In this document: positions 51,244 through 60,159 of the stretch, piece by piece
Layout: every line of letters begins with the position of its first letter
Numbering within the stretch: position 1 is the first letter of the stretch
From: Candidatus Thalassarchaeaceae archaeon
GTDB taxonomy: Archaea; Thermoplasmatota; Poseidoniia; Poseidoniales; Thalassarchaeaceae
Reading direction: 5' to 3'
NCBI GenBank assembly: GCA_023700255.1
Contig: JAJPRD010000001.1
Coordinates: 53,566-117,565, forward strand
DNA length: 64,000 bases
Notes under the pieces: model-generated
What the model saw: only the letters and a program-made list of their open reading frames with translations
Told to the model about the DNA's origin: nothing
Database searches by the model: none
Made by a program: the position numbers and the translations under genes

Positions 51244-52020
51244 TCAAGCATTTTCTTCCAGGAGGTCTTCTACAGCGTCTTCCAATATGTCTTGCATCTG
51301 GTTTACATCCTCTCCCGCGCTATAATTTAGTTTCCCATCATCTTGTATATCTGTTCTAATATCTTTTACACTTCTTCCGATTTTTTTAGAAATTTCTTTT
51401 TTCTTTGTCAAGTTTTTTCTTCTTAATAATACCAAATTTGATATTGCAGAGATACTACGTAATATACTTTCTAAGACAGCGATTAAGAATAGGCTGCTCA
51501 AGAATGATGTGGCGACTTCATTGAGGCTACGAAATAATGATTCGATCTCCGAAAATTGTACCTGAGCATCTCCTACTAAAAATACACCCAGAACTCCGAA
51601 TGGTAGCATTTTTGCTACATCTCTTGAAAGATCCTCAGTCCAATAGGATAGGATTCTAACCGCTCCTACAACAGAAGTTGCAATTAGGGCGTTCCTTGAA
51701 TGATCTGCATCTGGAGATAGTAAAGTCAAGATGACAGCTAGAACTAGTGTCCAGAATGTGATAAGTATTGGGACAATGACGATATATTGCATAACAAAAA
51801 TAATCGTTCTAGTATACTTCTTTATTTTACCTCCGAAATTATTTGAATAATGCTCTAAATTCAGGGTTATAAGGTCCCTTTTAGCTAAGACTCTATAGAA
51901 TATAAATACGAATACGGAGTAAGCAGATATTGCAATAATTGCTCCTAATGTAGGGTATGATTCTTTGACAATAACTTGTATCAAATCTTCTACATCTGAC
52001 ATGTTGCTAGGCAAATCCAT
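51244..52020 (-). CDS. Hypothetical membrane protein
   Basis: About 5 hydrophobic segments; EDLSRDVAKMLPF; charged tail. Confidence 0.7.
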   Translation of the reverse strand: MDLPSNMSDVEDLIQVIVKESYPTLGAIIAISAYSVFVFIFYRVLAKRDLITLNLEHYSNNFGGKIKKYTRTIIFVMQYIVIVPILITFWTLVLAVILTLLSPDADHSRNALIATSVVGAVRILSYWTEDLSRDVAKMLPFGVLGVFLVGDAQVQFSEIESLFRSLNEVATSFLSSLFLIAVLESILRSISAISNLVLLRRKNLTKKKEISKKIGRSVKDIRTDIQDDGKLNYSAGEDVNQMQDILEDAVEDLLEENA

Positions 52021-52060
52021 GGCTATTGGTAGACCTATTGTGATAATATGATTATGTATT

Positions 52061-52615
52061 TCATGATTTGAATGGCCTAGCGCATTTAGGGCATCTACTA
52101 GGCATGGTTACTCTTTTCCGTTCCCATGTATATCCACAATCTCCACATATCCATTGTCGTTCAGGTAATTTTTCTAATACTCTTTCACGCATTTCTTGTA
52201 ATACTGTTGATTCTGCCAATTTAGGAGGAGGAGAAATTTCTTTAGCTAAATCTGCATGTATGCTTCCATGGTCAAGTAAACCTGAAGCATGTAACAATTC
52301 ATGCACTAAGGTGTGACGGTACAGAACCAAATCATTATTCAATAAGGGATTTAATCCTATAGTCACAGGTCCACAAGATACTTTCAGTTTCCTTCTGCGA
52401 AATAGTTCGTTAGGATTACATTCGAAACGAGTCATACCTAATCTTGATTCATTTTCATCTATCCAAATAAGCTCTAGGTTCTTTCCCAAAAATTTCAGAA
52501 AAGGAGCATCCTTTTTATCTAGCCTGGTTTTTAATTCAGGTATCAATTCATCAGGAAGCCATGGTTTTTCAGGGAGTTCAAGTATTGTTCTATCTGGCCC
52601 GTCTGCCTCACTCAT
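52061..52615 (-). CDS. SprT-like zinc metalloprotease with C-terminal Zn ribbon
   Basis: TLVHELLH..H motif; C-terminal CGDC..CPKC. Confidence 0.65.
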   Translation of the reverse strand: MSEADGPDRTILELPEKPWLPDELIPELKTRLDKKDAPFLKFLGKNLELIWIDENESRLGMTRFECNPNELFRRRKLKVSCGPVTIGLNPLLNNDLVLYRHTLVHELLHASGLLDHGSIHADLAKEISPPPKLAESTVLQEMRERVLEKLPERQWICGDCGYTWERKRVTMPSRCPKCARPFKS

Positions 52616-52668
52616 ACCCTTGCCTACTCCATTTCCCTTAAATGGCCGTCGTAAGTCGCTTGTTCAAT

Positions 52669-52745
52669 GGGCGTGTGGCGCAGCTTGGAAGCGCGCTTCT
52701 TTGGCTAAGAAGAGGCCCCGAGTTCAAATCTCGGCTCGTCCACCA
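52669..52745 (+). tRNA. tRNA-Ala(GGC), CCA encoded
   Basis: GGGCGTG/CTCGTCC+ACCA with G3:U70 Ala identity pair; anticodon arm CTTCT-TTGGCTA-AGAAG; T-arm CCGAG-TTCAAAT-CTCGG. Confidence 0.92.
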
Positions 52746-52759
52746 TTAGTTAAATTTCA

Positions 52760-52830
52760 ATATTTATTTCCCTTGATATCTTTTTTTTATTATTTTTTTT
52801 GTACAACTGTTATTTTTGTGTATTCTTTAT
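52760..52830 (+). terminator. Oligo-T tracts downstream of tRNA-Ala (archaeal-type terminator)
   Basis: Runs of 8-9 T immediately after the tRNA. Confidence 0.45.
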
Positions 52831-52940
52831 TACTATTTGTAAAAAACGCCTGACTGATAGGGAATCGTAGAAACGATTGAAAACAAACATTCTATGAGCA
52901 TCCGCCAATCAGGCTATATATTGCACATTGAGTCGATGCA

Positions 52941-54971
52941 ATGATGAAGCTTAGATTTAGTGCTCTATTTTTATGCACGCTAATGATTGCCTCGGTATTT
53001 GCCGGGTGTCTCGGTGGGGAAGACGATGTAGAAGGTTGTATGGATGCAACTGCTAACAACTACAACGCTGACGCTACAGTAGACGACATGTCATGTACCT
53101 ATGACCCAACTGTGAGTTCTGTAAAAGACTCATTTGCAGCTGGAACCATGGCTTATGATGACGCCTGGTCATCTCTGCAAAGCATGCGTGCTTGTGCCGA
53201 GACCGGATCAAACAACCCATGTGAGATTGTTTCAATGACAATCGGTGACGCATCTACGTTTGATCCTCATGATGCTTATGATTCAGCATCTGGCGACGTT
53301 ATTGAGAATGTTTTCGATACCCTATACAGGTATGAAGGAGACGGATCAGGTAATGCAATCATCGTACCTCGTTTAGCTACTGGTCACACTATTAGTGATG
53401 ATCAACTGACATATACTTTTACTCTACGTGATGATGTATACTTCAGTAATGGTGACCATATGACTGCAGAAGACGTTGTTTATTCATGGGAAAGAGTGAA
53501 TGAAATGGGAAGTCCACTTTCACATGTTTCATGGATTACTGAGCAAAACTTCAATACTTCAGGCCTAACAATGATTGATGACACTCACTTCTCAGTGACT
53601 CTGACTCAACCATATGCTGGTTTCATTTCAACAATTGCTTACACTGTTGGTGCAATTGTAAACAAGGATCTTTGTGAAGCAAATCGTGTAACTACTGCTG
53701 ATGATACTTCTACTGCTGATGTAGACGAGTCATCTGATGACTGGTGCCACACATGGATGGACGAAGCTCCTCTGGGTGCTGGAACTGGTGCTTATATTGT
53801 TGATTCATGGACTCGTGAAACTTCTATTGTTCTCACACCTAACTGGATGTACTGGGAAGATGGCGGATTTAACATCAACCGTTTCACTGAACAGATAGTT
53901 ACTGAAGCTTCTACTCGTCTTCTTGCATTCCAAGATGGTGAGGCTGATTTCGGTGCACTTAATATTGAAGATGAACCTCAATTCTGCGATAACTATGAAG
54001 ATGCACCTAATGTAGCTGGTAAGGATGGATTTGTATGTACTTACAGAGAATCTTTCTCAGTGACTCTATCTGCAATGAACCTTATGCCTAAGGCATTAGA
54101 TGCTGGTGAACAAACCAATAACACTGATGCTAACTCATCTCTAGTTCTAAACTTCGACTGTGATGGCGATGGCACAATGGATTGTAACGTAATGTCACAA
54201 TCTGCAGTTCGTAAGGCTATTGCATATGCTTTCGATTATGATACAGCTCGTCGAGATACTTACAGTGGACAATTGGCTCCAGTATACGGTCCAATCCCTA
54301 ACGGGTTCTTGTACGATGAGACTCAGTCTCAAGTATTCAGCTACGATCTAACTGTTGCTGAAGCAGCTCTTGAAGATGCAGGATTCATCAAGCAATATGA
54401 ATGTTCAAGTCTAACTGTTGCTGGTGAACCAACTGTAGTTCCTGAGGCAGATAGAGATGGTGACGAATGCCGTCTACCAAACATCCTTAGAATCATGGCT
54501 AACGAAGGTAACGATTACCGTATTGCTATGTCTGGACAAATCGCTCAGTCACTAAGTTCAATTGGTGTTGCAACAGATGGTGATGCAAAGCCTTGGGCTG
54601 AGTATCTAACTATGTACTATACAAGTACATTCGAGATTAGATTTAGTGGATGGGCTCCTGATTATCTGGACCCAGATAACTACTGGACTCCATTCGCTGC
54701 AAGTCACGATGCTGGAGGAGATGCATACGGTACAAACTACCATAATGCAGCTCTAGATGAGAATCTAACAGCAGCTCGTATTTCAACAGATGATGCAGAG
54801 CGTACACAACTGTACAGCAATGCATTCGCTCTTTGGACAGAAGATCCGAACATGATTATCATAGGTCAAAGTAATGGTATTAGCGTAAAGCGTACTGATA
54901 TCGTATCTGCACCATGGGCTGCTATAGGTTCAGCTCACTGGTTCGATTACGATAAGTTACCAATAGCTTAA
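52941..54971 (+). CDS. Peptide ABC transporter substrate-binding lipoprotein (family 5, OppA/DppA-like)
   Basis: FAGC lipobox; FDP..YD..S..V..N..DTL; YTFTLR..V.F..G...TAEDV.YS; VRKAIAYAFD; GWAPDYLDP. Confidence 0.92.
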   Translation: MMKLRFSALFLCTLMIASVFAGCLGGEDDVEGCMDATANNYNADATVDDMSCTYDPTVSSVKDSFAAGTMAYDDAWSSLQSMRACAETGSNNPCEIVSMTIGDASTFDPHDAYDSASGDVIENVFDTLYRYEGDGSGNAIIVPRLATGHTISDDQLTYTFTLRDDVYFSNGDHMTAEDVVYSWERVNEMGSPLSHVSWITEQNFNTSGLTMIDDTHFSVTLTQPYAGFISTIAYTVGAIVNKDLCEANRVTTADDTSTADVDESSDDWCHTWMDEAPLGAGTGAYIVDSWTRETSIVLTPNWMYWEDGGFNINRFTEQIVTEASTRLLAFQDGEADFGALNIEDEPQFCDNYEDAPNVAGKDGFVCTYRESFSVTLSAMNLMPKALDAGEQTNNTDANSSLVLNFDCDGDGTMDCNVMSQSAVRKAIAYAFDYDTARRDTYSGQLAPVYGPIPNGFLYDETQSQVFSYDLTVAEAALEDAGFIKQYECSSLTVAGEPTVVPEADRDGDECRLPNILRIMANEGNDYRIAMSGQIAQSLSSIGVATDGDAKPWAEYLTMYYTSTFEIRFSGWAPDYLDPDNYWTPFAASHDAGGDAYGTNYHNAALDENLTAARISTDDAERTQLYSNAFALWTEDPNMIIIGQSNGISVKRTDIVSAPWAAIGSAHWFDYDKLPIA

Positions 54972-55006
54972 GTCTTAATTGACTAGTTCGAAAATACGTA
55001 AGGCCG

Positions 55007-55050
55007 ACAACAGCCACTTTCGAGTGGCTGTTGTTGTGCCGTTTTTTTTT
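55007..55050 (+). terminator. Strong hairpin followed by T9 tract between SBP and permease genes
   Basis: ACAACAGCCACT-TTCG-AGTGGCTGTTGT (12-bp perfect stem), then T run at 55042-55050. Confidence 0.75.
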
Positions 55051-55149
55051 ATTTTCAAATATTTGGCTCACCCTAAACTTATTTAGAAAGTAGACTAATG
55101 GTTGTATGATAACCAACTTGTACGTCCCTAACAGGAGGATGCGAATTAA

Positions 55150-56286
55150 ATGAAACTACAGGAATTTATAGTCAGAAGGTTAATTCTTCTCATTCCAGTA
55201 ATTATGGGTGTTTCAATATTCACCTTCGCTATAGCTCAAATAATTCCTGCTGATCCTGCTGCAGCACTATGTGGTGAAAAATGTGGGATTGTAGGCTCTA
55301 ATGGGCTTACTGCTTACGAATCTAATGTCATAAGATTAGGTTTAGACAAACCAGTTTGGCAGCAATATGTCATTTATGTCACTAATCTTCTTGAGGGTGA
55401 TTGGGGTGAATCTGTTACATTCCACCGCCCAGTTATTGAAAAGCTCAGAGATGCGGCTCCTATCACACTTGAGATGTCATTTTTATCTCTTGCAATGGGC
55501 TTTCCAATGGGTATTACTCTTGGTATTTTTAGTGCAGTTTGGCAAGATAAATTATTTGATCAGGCCTCCCGATTTATTGCAATAGCATTTGTCAGTTTAC
55601 CAATATTTTGGTTGGCTATGATGTTTCAATATATACTAGGTACTCAAGTTGGTATATGTGATCCAATAACTCAGGCCTTACCTCTCATACCTGATACTGA
55701 TGGTGGTTGTTTCCCAATATATGGAAGGCATGAACCAACCTACACTTTTCCAGATACTGGGACTGGTTTTCATTTGATTGATAGTTGGATAGTTGAAGAG
55801 CCAACTAAATTCAATCCACAGACTAACCGTTATGAAGTTTCAATGACTCATTGGGATATGTTCATTGATACATTAACACACCTATTTTTACCTTGTTTCA
55901 CTCTAGCCGTAGCTAGTACTGGTGGCCTTCTAAGGTACATGAGGGCCAGTCTTTTAGAAGTTATGAATGAAGACTATGTTAGGACCGCTCGAGCAAAGGG
56001 GATATCTGAAACAAGAGTCATTTTAGTTCATGCTGTAAGAAATGCATTAGTGCCTATCGTCACAATTCTAGGATTTTCTATAGGTGGCGCAATAGGAGGA
56101 GCGGTTCTGACTGAAACAATATTTGCATTCCCAGGGATGGGTAAAACAGCAGTAGATGCCATTGTTTATTTGGATTTCTCAATGATAATGGGTGTGACTT
56201 TAGTCACAGCAATAATTTTCCTTCTTTCTAATTTACTTGTAGATATTTCATATGCAATAGTTGACCCAAGGGTGAGATTAGAATGA
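55150..56286 (+). CDS. Peptide ABC permease OppB/DppB-like
   Basis: RRL..LIPV, PADP, GLDKP..QY, EDYVRTARAKG EAA loop, DPRVR. Confidence 0.93.
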   Translation: MKLQEFIVRRLILLIPVIMGVSIFTFAIAQIIPADPAAALCGEKCGIVGSNGLTAYESNVIRLGLDKPVWQQYVIYVTNLLEGDWGESVTFHRPVIEKLRDAAPITLEMSFLSLAMGFPMGITLGIFSAVWQDKLFDQASRFIAIAFVSLPIFWLAMMFQYILGTQVGICDPITQALPLIPDTDGGCFPIYGRHEPTYTFPDTGTGFHLIDSWIVEEPTKFNPQTNRYEVSMTHWDMFIDTLTHLFLPCFTLAVASTGGLLRYMRASLLEVMNEDYVRTARAKGISETRVILVHAVRNALVPIVTILGFSIGGAIGGAVLTETIFAFPGMGKTAVDAIVYLDFSMIMGVTLVTAIIFLLSNLLVDISYAIVDPRVRLE

Positions 56287-58190
56287 GTGATTTCAAAATT
56301 GATTTCATCATTTATTCTATATTTTTAATTTTTATATTTTTAATTTTTGGAATTATCTCGGATACGCTCCGTGGACATAAATGGTCGAATAGTCTTGAAG
56401 ACCGTAATGAAAGTCTGAATAGGTTCATTCAAGGTTGGAGGCAGCGTATTTACGATATACGAAAAAGTTGGAAAATATTTAGGAAATCAGTACTTGCAAT
56501 CATTGGTTTAATGTTGATAGTTACTGTTTCAACCATCAGTATTTTTGCAGACGATATTGCAGTTGAACACCCTTATAGGAATTTACAAGATACTGAAGAT
56601 CTTTGGTGGATTGATAATGAGCCACGGAGAGAAGCGCCATTTTCTGAGGCTTGTGACTGGCATGAGCAAGGAATAGATATGTTTGGTATAAAAACCAAGG
56701 GTTATTCTCGTTATGTCACTGCAGTATCTGATCCTGTATTTGATGAAAACGGTTCATTGAATCCAAGACCTCTAATTATCATAGAAATAGAGTCTATGGA
56801 AGATGACCTAGGTTATGAATTGAATAATTCTTTGATAGTTATGCATAATGAAACAACATTTTTTGTAACTGATGATGCATTAAATGTCAGTAGTTCAAAA
56901 ATATGGGTGACTTTTGAATTCCAGAATGATGAGATGCACCATTGGTGGTTACCTGATGGACATGATGTCTGCATTATGGGTACTACTAATACAGGGCAAG
57001 ATTTGTTTAGTAAAATTCTTTATGGATCTAGAATTTCTTTGAAAATTGGTATTACAGTCGCATTCTTAACAGTGGCTTTAGGGACTATGATTGGTAGTAT
57101 AAGTGGCTACTATGGCGGAATAATTGATGAAGTAATTATGAGGATAACTGATGTATTTTTTGCAGTCCCTGGTTTAATTTTGGCCATGGCATTTGTTGCA
57201 GCCTTACAGAATACCACTAGTTTGACTATGCCAATGTTCTCAGTAGTTGTTTTGTTGCTATTTTTTGTATTTCTTTCGACACGGAACGTAATTTCGGAAT
57301 TAATTACGGGGGAAGGTACAGATCAAAACACTATTTTCAAAATCAAAGGTAAATTGAAGGAAATTTCTAACCTAGGTGAGGTGGGAAATCCTCTCGGTAT
57401 TTCCATACTCAAGACCTCATTATTTTTACTACGCTACAGGGGGTTCTTTTCGATTATTTTAGCCATGTTCGCTCTGACATTTTGGTCTAATTTTTGGCCT
57501 AATAATCCTGGAATGGAATTAGAGAAATCTTTGATGTTAGTTGCTATTTTCATATTGTGTATAATGGTAATGATTCTCGACCAAAACTTAAACCAAGGCG
57601 TGCCAAGAAAATTGATTTCAGAAAGAGTATCAGGATTATTTGATTTTGGAAACCCCTATCGTTTCTTAGCATTAAGGACAATTCTGATATTTGTATCAGT
57701 CGTTTTGTTGATATTTGTGACAAAATCTAATGAATCTAATTTTGTTGTTATCAAGGATTTTGATAGGCTATGGAAAATTCAGGCTGCACTAATATTGACA
57801 GGTTGGCCGGGTTATGCACGACTAATTCGTGGTCAAGTATTGTATATCAGAGAAATGACTTTTGTTGAAGCTGCTAAATCTGTTGGAGCTCCAGATGGAA
57901 GAATAATGTTTAGGCATATATTACCCAGTGCTTGGGCTCCATTGTTGGTAGCCTTCACTCTTGACGTTGGTGGAACTATATTGTCGGCATCGGGGTTATC
58001 TTTCATAGGGCTTGGTGCTGAACCCGGTACTGCTGAATGGGGTATTCTTGTTTCTGATGGCCGTAGATTCTTTCCAAACTCCTGGTGGTTAGTAACATTC
58101 CCTGGTTTGGCAATACTGTTCACAACACTCGGTTTCAACTTACTCGGAGACGGATTAAGGGATATAGTCGATCCGAAAAATAAGAGGTGA
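56283..58190 (+). CDS. Peptide ABC permease OppC/DppC-like, enlarged to 635 aa by insertions
   Basis: GT...GQD.FS..LYGSRISL, MRITDVF..P, WPGYARLIRGQ, FVEAAKSVGA, RHILP, FNLLGDGLRD. Confidence 0.9.
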   Translation: MSDFKIDFIIYSIFLIFIFLIFGIISDTLRGHKWSNSLEDRNESLNRFIQGWRQRIYDIRKSWKIFRKSVLAIIGLMLIVTVSTISIFADDIAVEHPYRNLQDTEDLWWIDNEPRREAPFSEACDWHEQGIDMFGIKTKGYSRYVTAVSDPVFDENGSLNPRPLIIIEIESMEDDLGYELNNSLIVMHNETTFFVTDDALNVSSSKIWVTFEFQNDEMHHWWLPDGHDVCIMGTTNTGQDLFSKILYGSRISLKIGITVAFLTVALGTMIGSISGYYGGIIDEVIMRITDVFFAVPGLILAMAFVAALQNTTSLTMPMFSVVVLLLFFVFLSTRNVISELITGEGTDQNTIFKIKGKLKEISNLGEVGNPLGISILKTSLFLLRYRGFFSIILAMFALTFWSNFWPNNPGMELEKSLMLVAIFILCIMVMILDQNLNQGVPRKLISERVSGLFDFGNPYRFLALRTILIFVSVVLLIFVTKSNESNFVVIKDFDRLWKIQAALILTGWPGYARLIRGQVLYIREMTFVEAAKSVGAPDGRIMFRHILPSAWAPLLVAFTLDVGGTILSASGLSFIGLGAEPGTAEWGILVSDGRRFFPNSWWLVTFPGLAILFTTLGFNLLGDGLRDIVDPKNKR

Positions 58191-58194
58191 TTTT

Positions 58195-60159
58195 ATGTCT
58201 GATGATTCGTTATTAAAGATTCAAAATCTCAAAGTTCATTTTGATACGCTCGAAGGTCCAGTTGAAGCTTTACATGATGTAAACCTTGAAGTTAAAAAAG
58301 GCCAAATAATGGGTGTAGTTGGTGAATCAGGATGTGGTAAATCAGTCACCTCATTAACCAGTATTGGTTTAGCTACTTGCATTGTAGATGAGGGAAGTAT
58401 CAAGTATGACGGTAAAGAAATGATTTTCCATGAAAAAGAAAAGGACCCTTATCTCGTACTTCTAAGTATTATATTACCATATATCGCGGTCTTAATTTCA
58501 TTCCCAATCGGTTTTGTATATCTGATGCCTTTTATGAAAGATCCATTATTCGGCTTTCAAATCATAATGTCAGGTTTTGGATTGATTATTATTTCGATTA
58601 TCATAAAATATTTCATTCATTCAGATTTCAGAGAACATGAGAAATTTATGAGATTCATCAGAGGTAATGAAATAAGTATGATTTTTCAAGAGCCAATGAC
58701 TGCTCTAAATCCTCTATATACTGTTGAGAAGCAGATTTTTGAGGTCATGAAAACACATAAACGTTTAGTTGACCCCAGTTTATCTCAATATAATAGAATC
58801 ATTTCATCATTCAAGGCTCCATTTAGATTCTTGTATAATTGGATTTTATCTGACCGATTTTCAGCAATATTTTTCTCTATTCTTATCTTAACTTATCTGC
58901 TAGTTTCATGTATGGGTCCAAACTCAATTTCTTCATGGGGGACGAGATTTATCGTGATATTCTACGCATCTGCAGAAATATCAATGTCTTGTACTAATTA
59001 TACCGATGAATTAATGTCATATTGCTTTTTATTGATTCCTTTAGGTGCACTCAAATCTTCAATCCAATCTTCGATGACTCGGGGAGATGATTCCAGAAAA
59101 ACTCTGATGTCTATACCATATGTATTTATCATAATAATGTTTATTTTATGGTATGATCAGACGCTTCTACGATCCACCATTATTATAGGTGGTATAATGA
59201 TTTTTATTACGCTAATTTCCTTAATTAAACTGAACTTATGGGAACAAGAATCTGATGTGGTGACTGATATTTCCTCTTTCCTCGCAGCTGTTTTTCACAG
59301 TATTATTCCAGATAATTCAGCAATTAGGTCGATCCCCTTTACATTCACTTTAGCATTGACCTATGCAATTCTTCTGTGGACTCCAAATCAAGTTGTTGGA
59401 ACTGTCTTAGCTTTGATAATGACCGTCTCAATACCTAGTATAATATTGATTGATTTCTTACAATTAGATCCTGCTCATAGAAATCAAGTAATAAAAATCA
59501 TTGAGGATGTTCAGATACCTAATCCTAGTGCAGTCATAACAATGTATCCTCATGAATTATCAGGTGGTATGCGTCAAAGAGTTATGATTGCTATGATGAT
59601 GTCTTGCGAGCCTAAATTACTAATTGCAGATGAACCAACTACAGCTCTTGATGTAACAATACAAGCCCAAATCCTTCACTTGATGCGTGACCTTAGAGAT
59701 CGAAAGGGTACTTCGATAATGCTGATAACTCACGATCTTGGAGTTATTGCTGAACTCTGTGACTCAGTATCGGTGATGTATGCTGGGTCAGTAGTAGAAA
59801 CTGGAACTATTGAAGACATCCTTACGAATCCAAGGATGCCTTATACCATTGGTCTTCTACATAGTATACCTAAAATAGTTCACTCGGATAAACGCGGCGA
59901 ACGCACTAGTCTTCCAATAATCCCTGGGCAGGTTCCAGACCCAAATACTCATTTTGATGGCTGTCGTTTCCATCCTCGATGCCCTTTTGCAGATGACCTT
60001 TGTCGTTCAATTAGGCCTGACATGATTGAAGTTAACGAAGGACACTTTGCCGCCTGCCACTATACTGAACGGACTATTAATTCTAAAGATGTTGAATCCT
60101 CTTTTGATGAATTTTCAAAGGAATTTGAAGGAGTAGGAGGTGAAGTTGTTGTCCGATAA
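58195..60159 (+). CDS. Peptide ABC ATPase OppD/DppD-like with two hydrophobic insertions (654 aa)
   Basis: GESGCGKS, Q-loop IFQEPMTALNP, LSGGMRQR, ADEPTTALDV, ITHD, C-terminal GCRFHPRC..C..AC. Confidence 0.9.
   Translation: MSDDSLLKIQNLKVHFDTLEGPVEALHDVNLEVKKGQIMGVVGESGCGKSVTSLTSIGLATCIVDEGSIKYDGKEMIFHEKEKDPYLVLLSIILPYIAVLISFPIGFVYLMPFMKDPLFGFQIIMSGFGLIIISIIIKYFIHSDFREHEKFMRFIRGNEISMIFQEPMTALNPLYTVEKQIFEVMKTHKRLVDPSLSQYNRIISSFKAPFRFLYNWILSDRFSAIFFSILILTYLLVSCMGPNSISSWGTRFIVIFYASAEISMSCTNYTDELMSYCFLLIPLGALKSSIQSSMTRGDDSRKTLMSIPYVFIIIMFILWYDQTLLRSTIIIGGIMIFITLISLIKLNLWEQESDVVTDISSFLAAVFHSIIPDNSAIRSIPFTFTLALTYAILLWTPNQVVGTVLALIMTVSIPSIILIDFLQLDPAHRNQVIKIIEDVQIPNPSAVITMYPHELSGGMRQRVMIAMMMSCEPKLLIADEPTTALDVTIQAQILHLMRDLRDRKGTSIMLITHDLGVIAELCDSVSVMYAGSVVETGTIEDILTNPRMPYTIGLLHSIPKIVHSDKRGERTSLPIIPGQVPDPNTHFDGCRFHPRCPFADDLCRSIRPDMIEVNEGHFAACHYTERTINSKDVESSFDEFSKEFEGVGGEVVVR

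Noticed and set aside
51126-52745. Two tRNAs flanking two hypothetical genes as a possible integrated element
   Set aside because: tRNAs are divergent; I saw no duplicated tRNA 3' end (att), integrase or transposase
52620-52853. 77-aa ORF
   Set aside because: Spans tRNA-Ala and its T-tract terminator; the Phe/Tyr-rich tail is a T-run artefact
58426-59466. OppD inserts as frameshift or stop-readthrough fusion of separate genes
   Set aside because: One continuous frame with NBD motifs on both sides of each insert, so not an end-to-end fusion; misassembly still needs a read check
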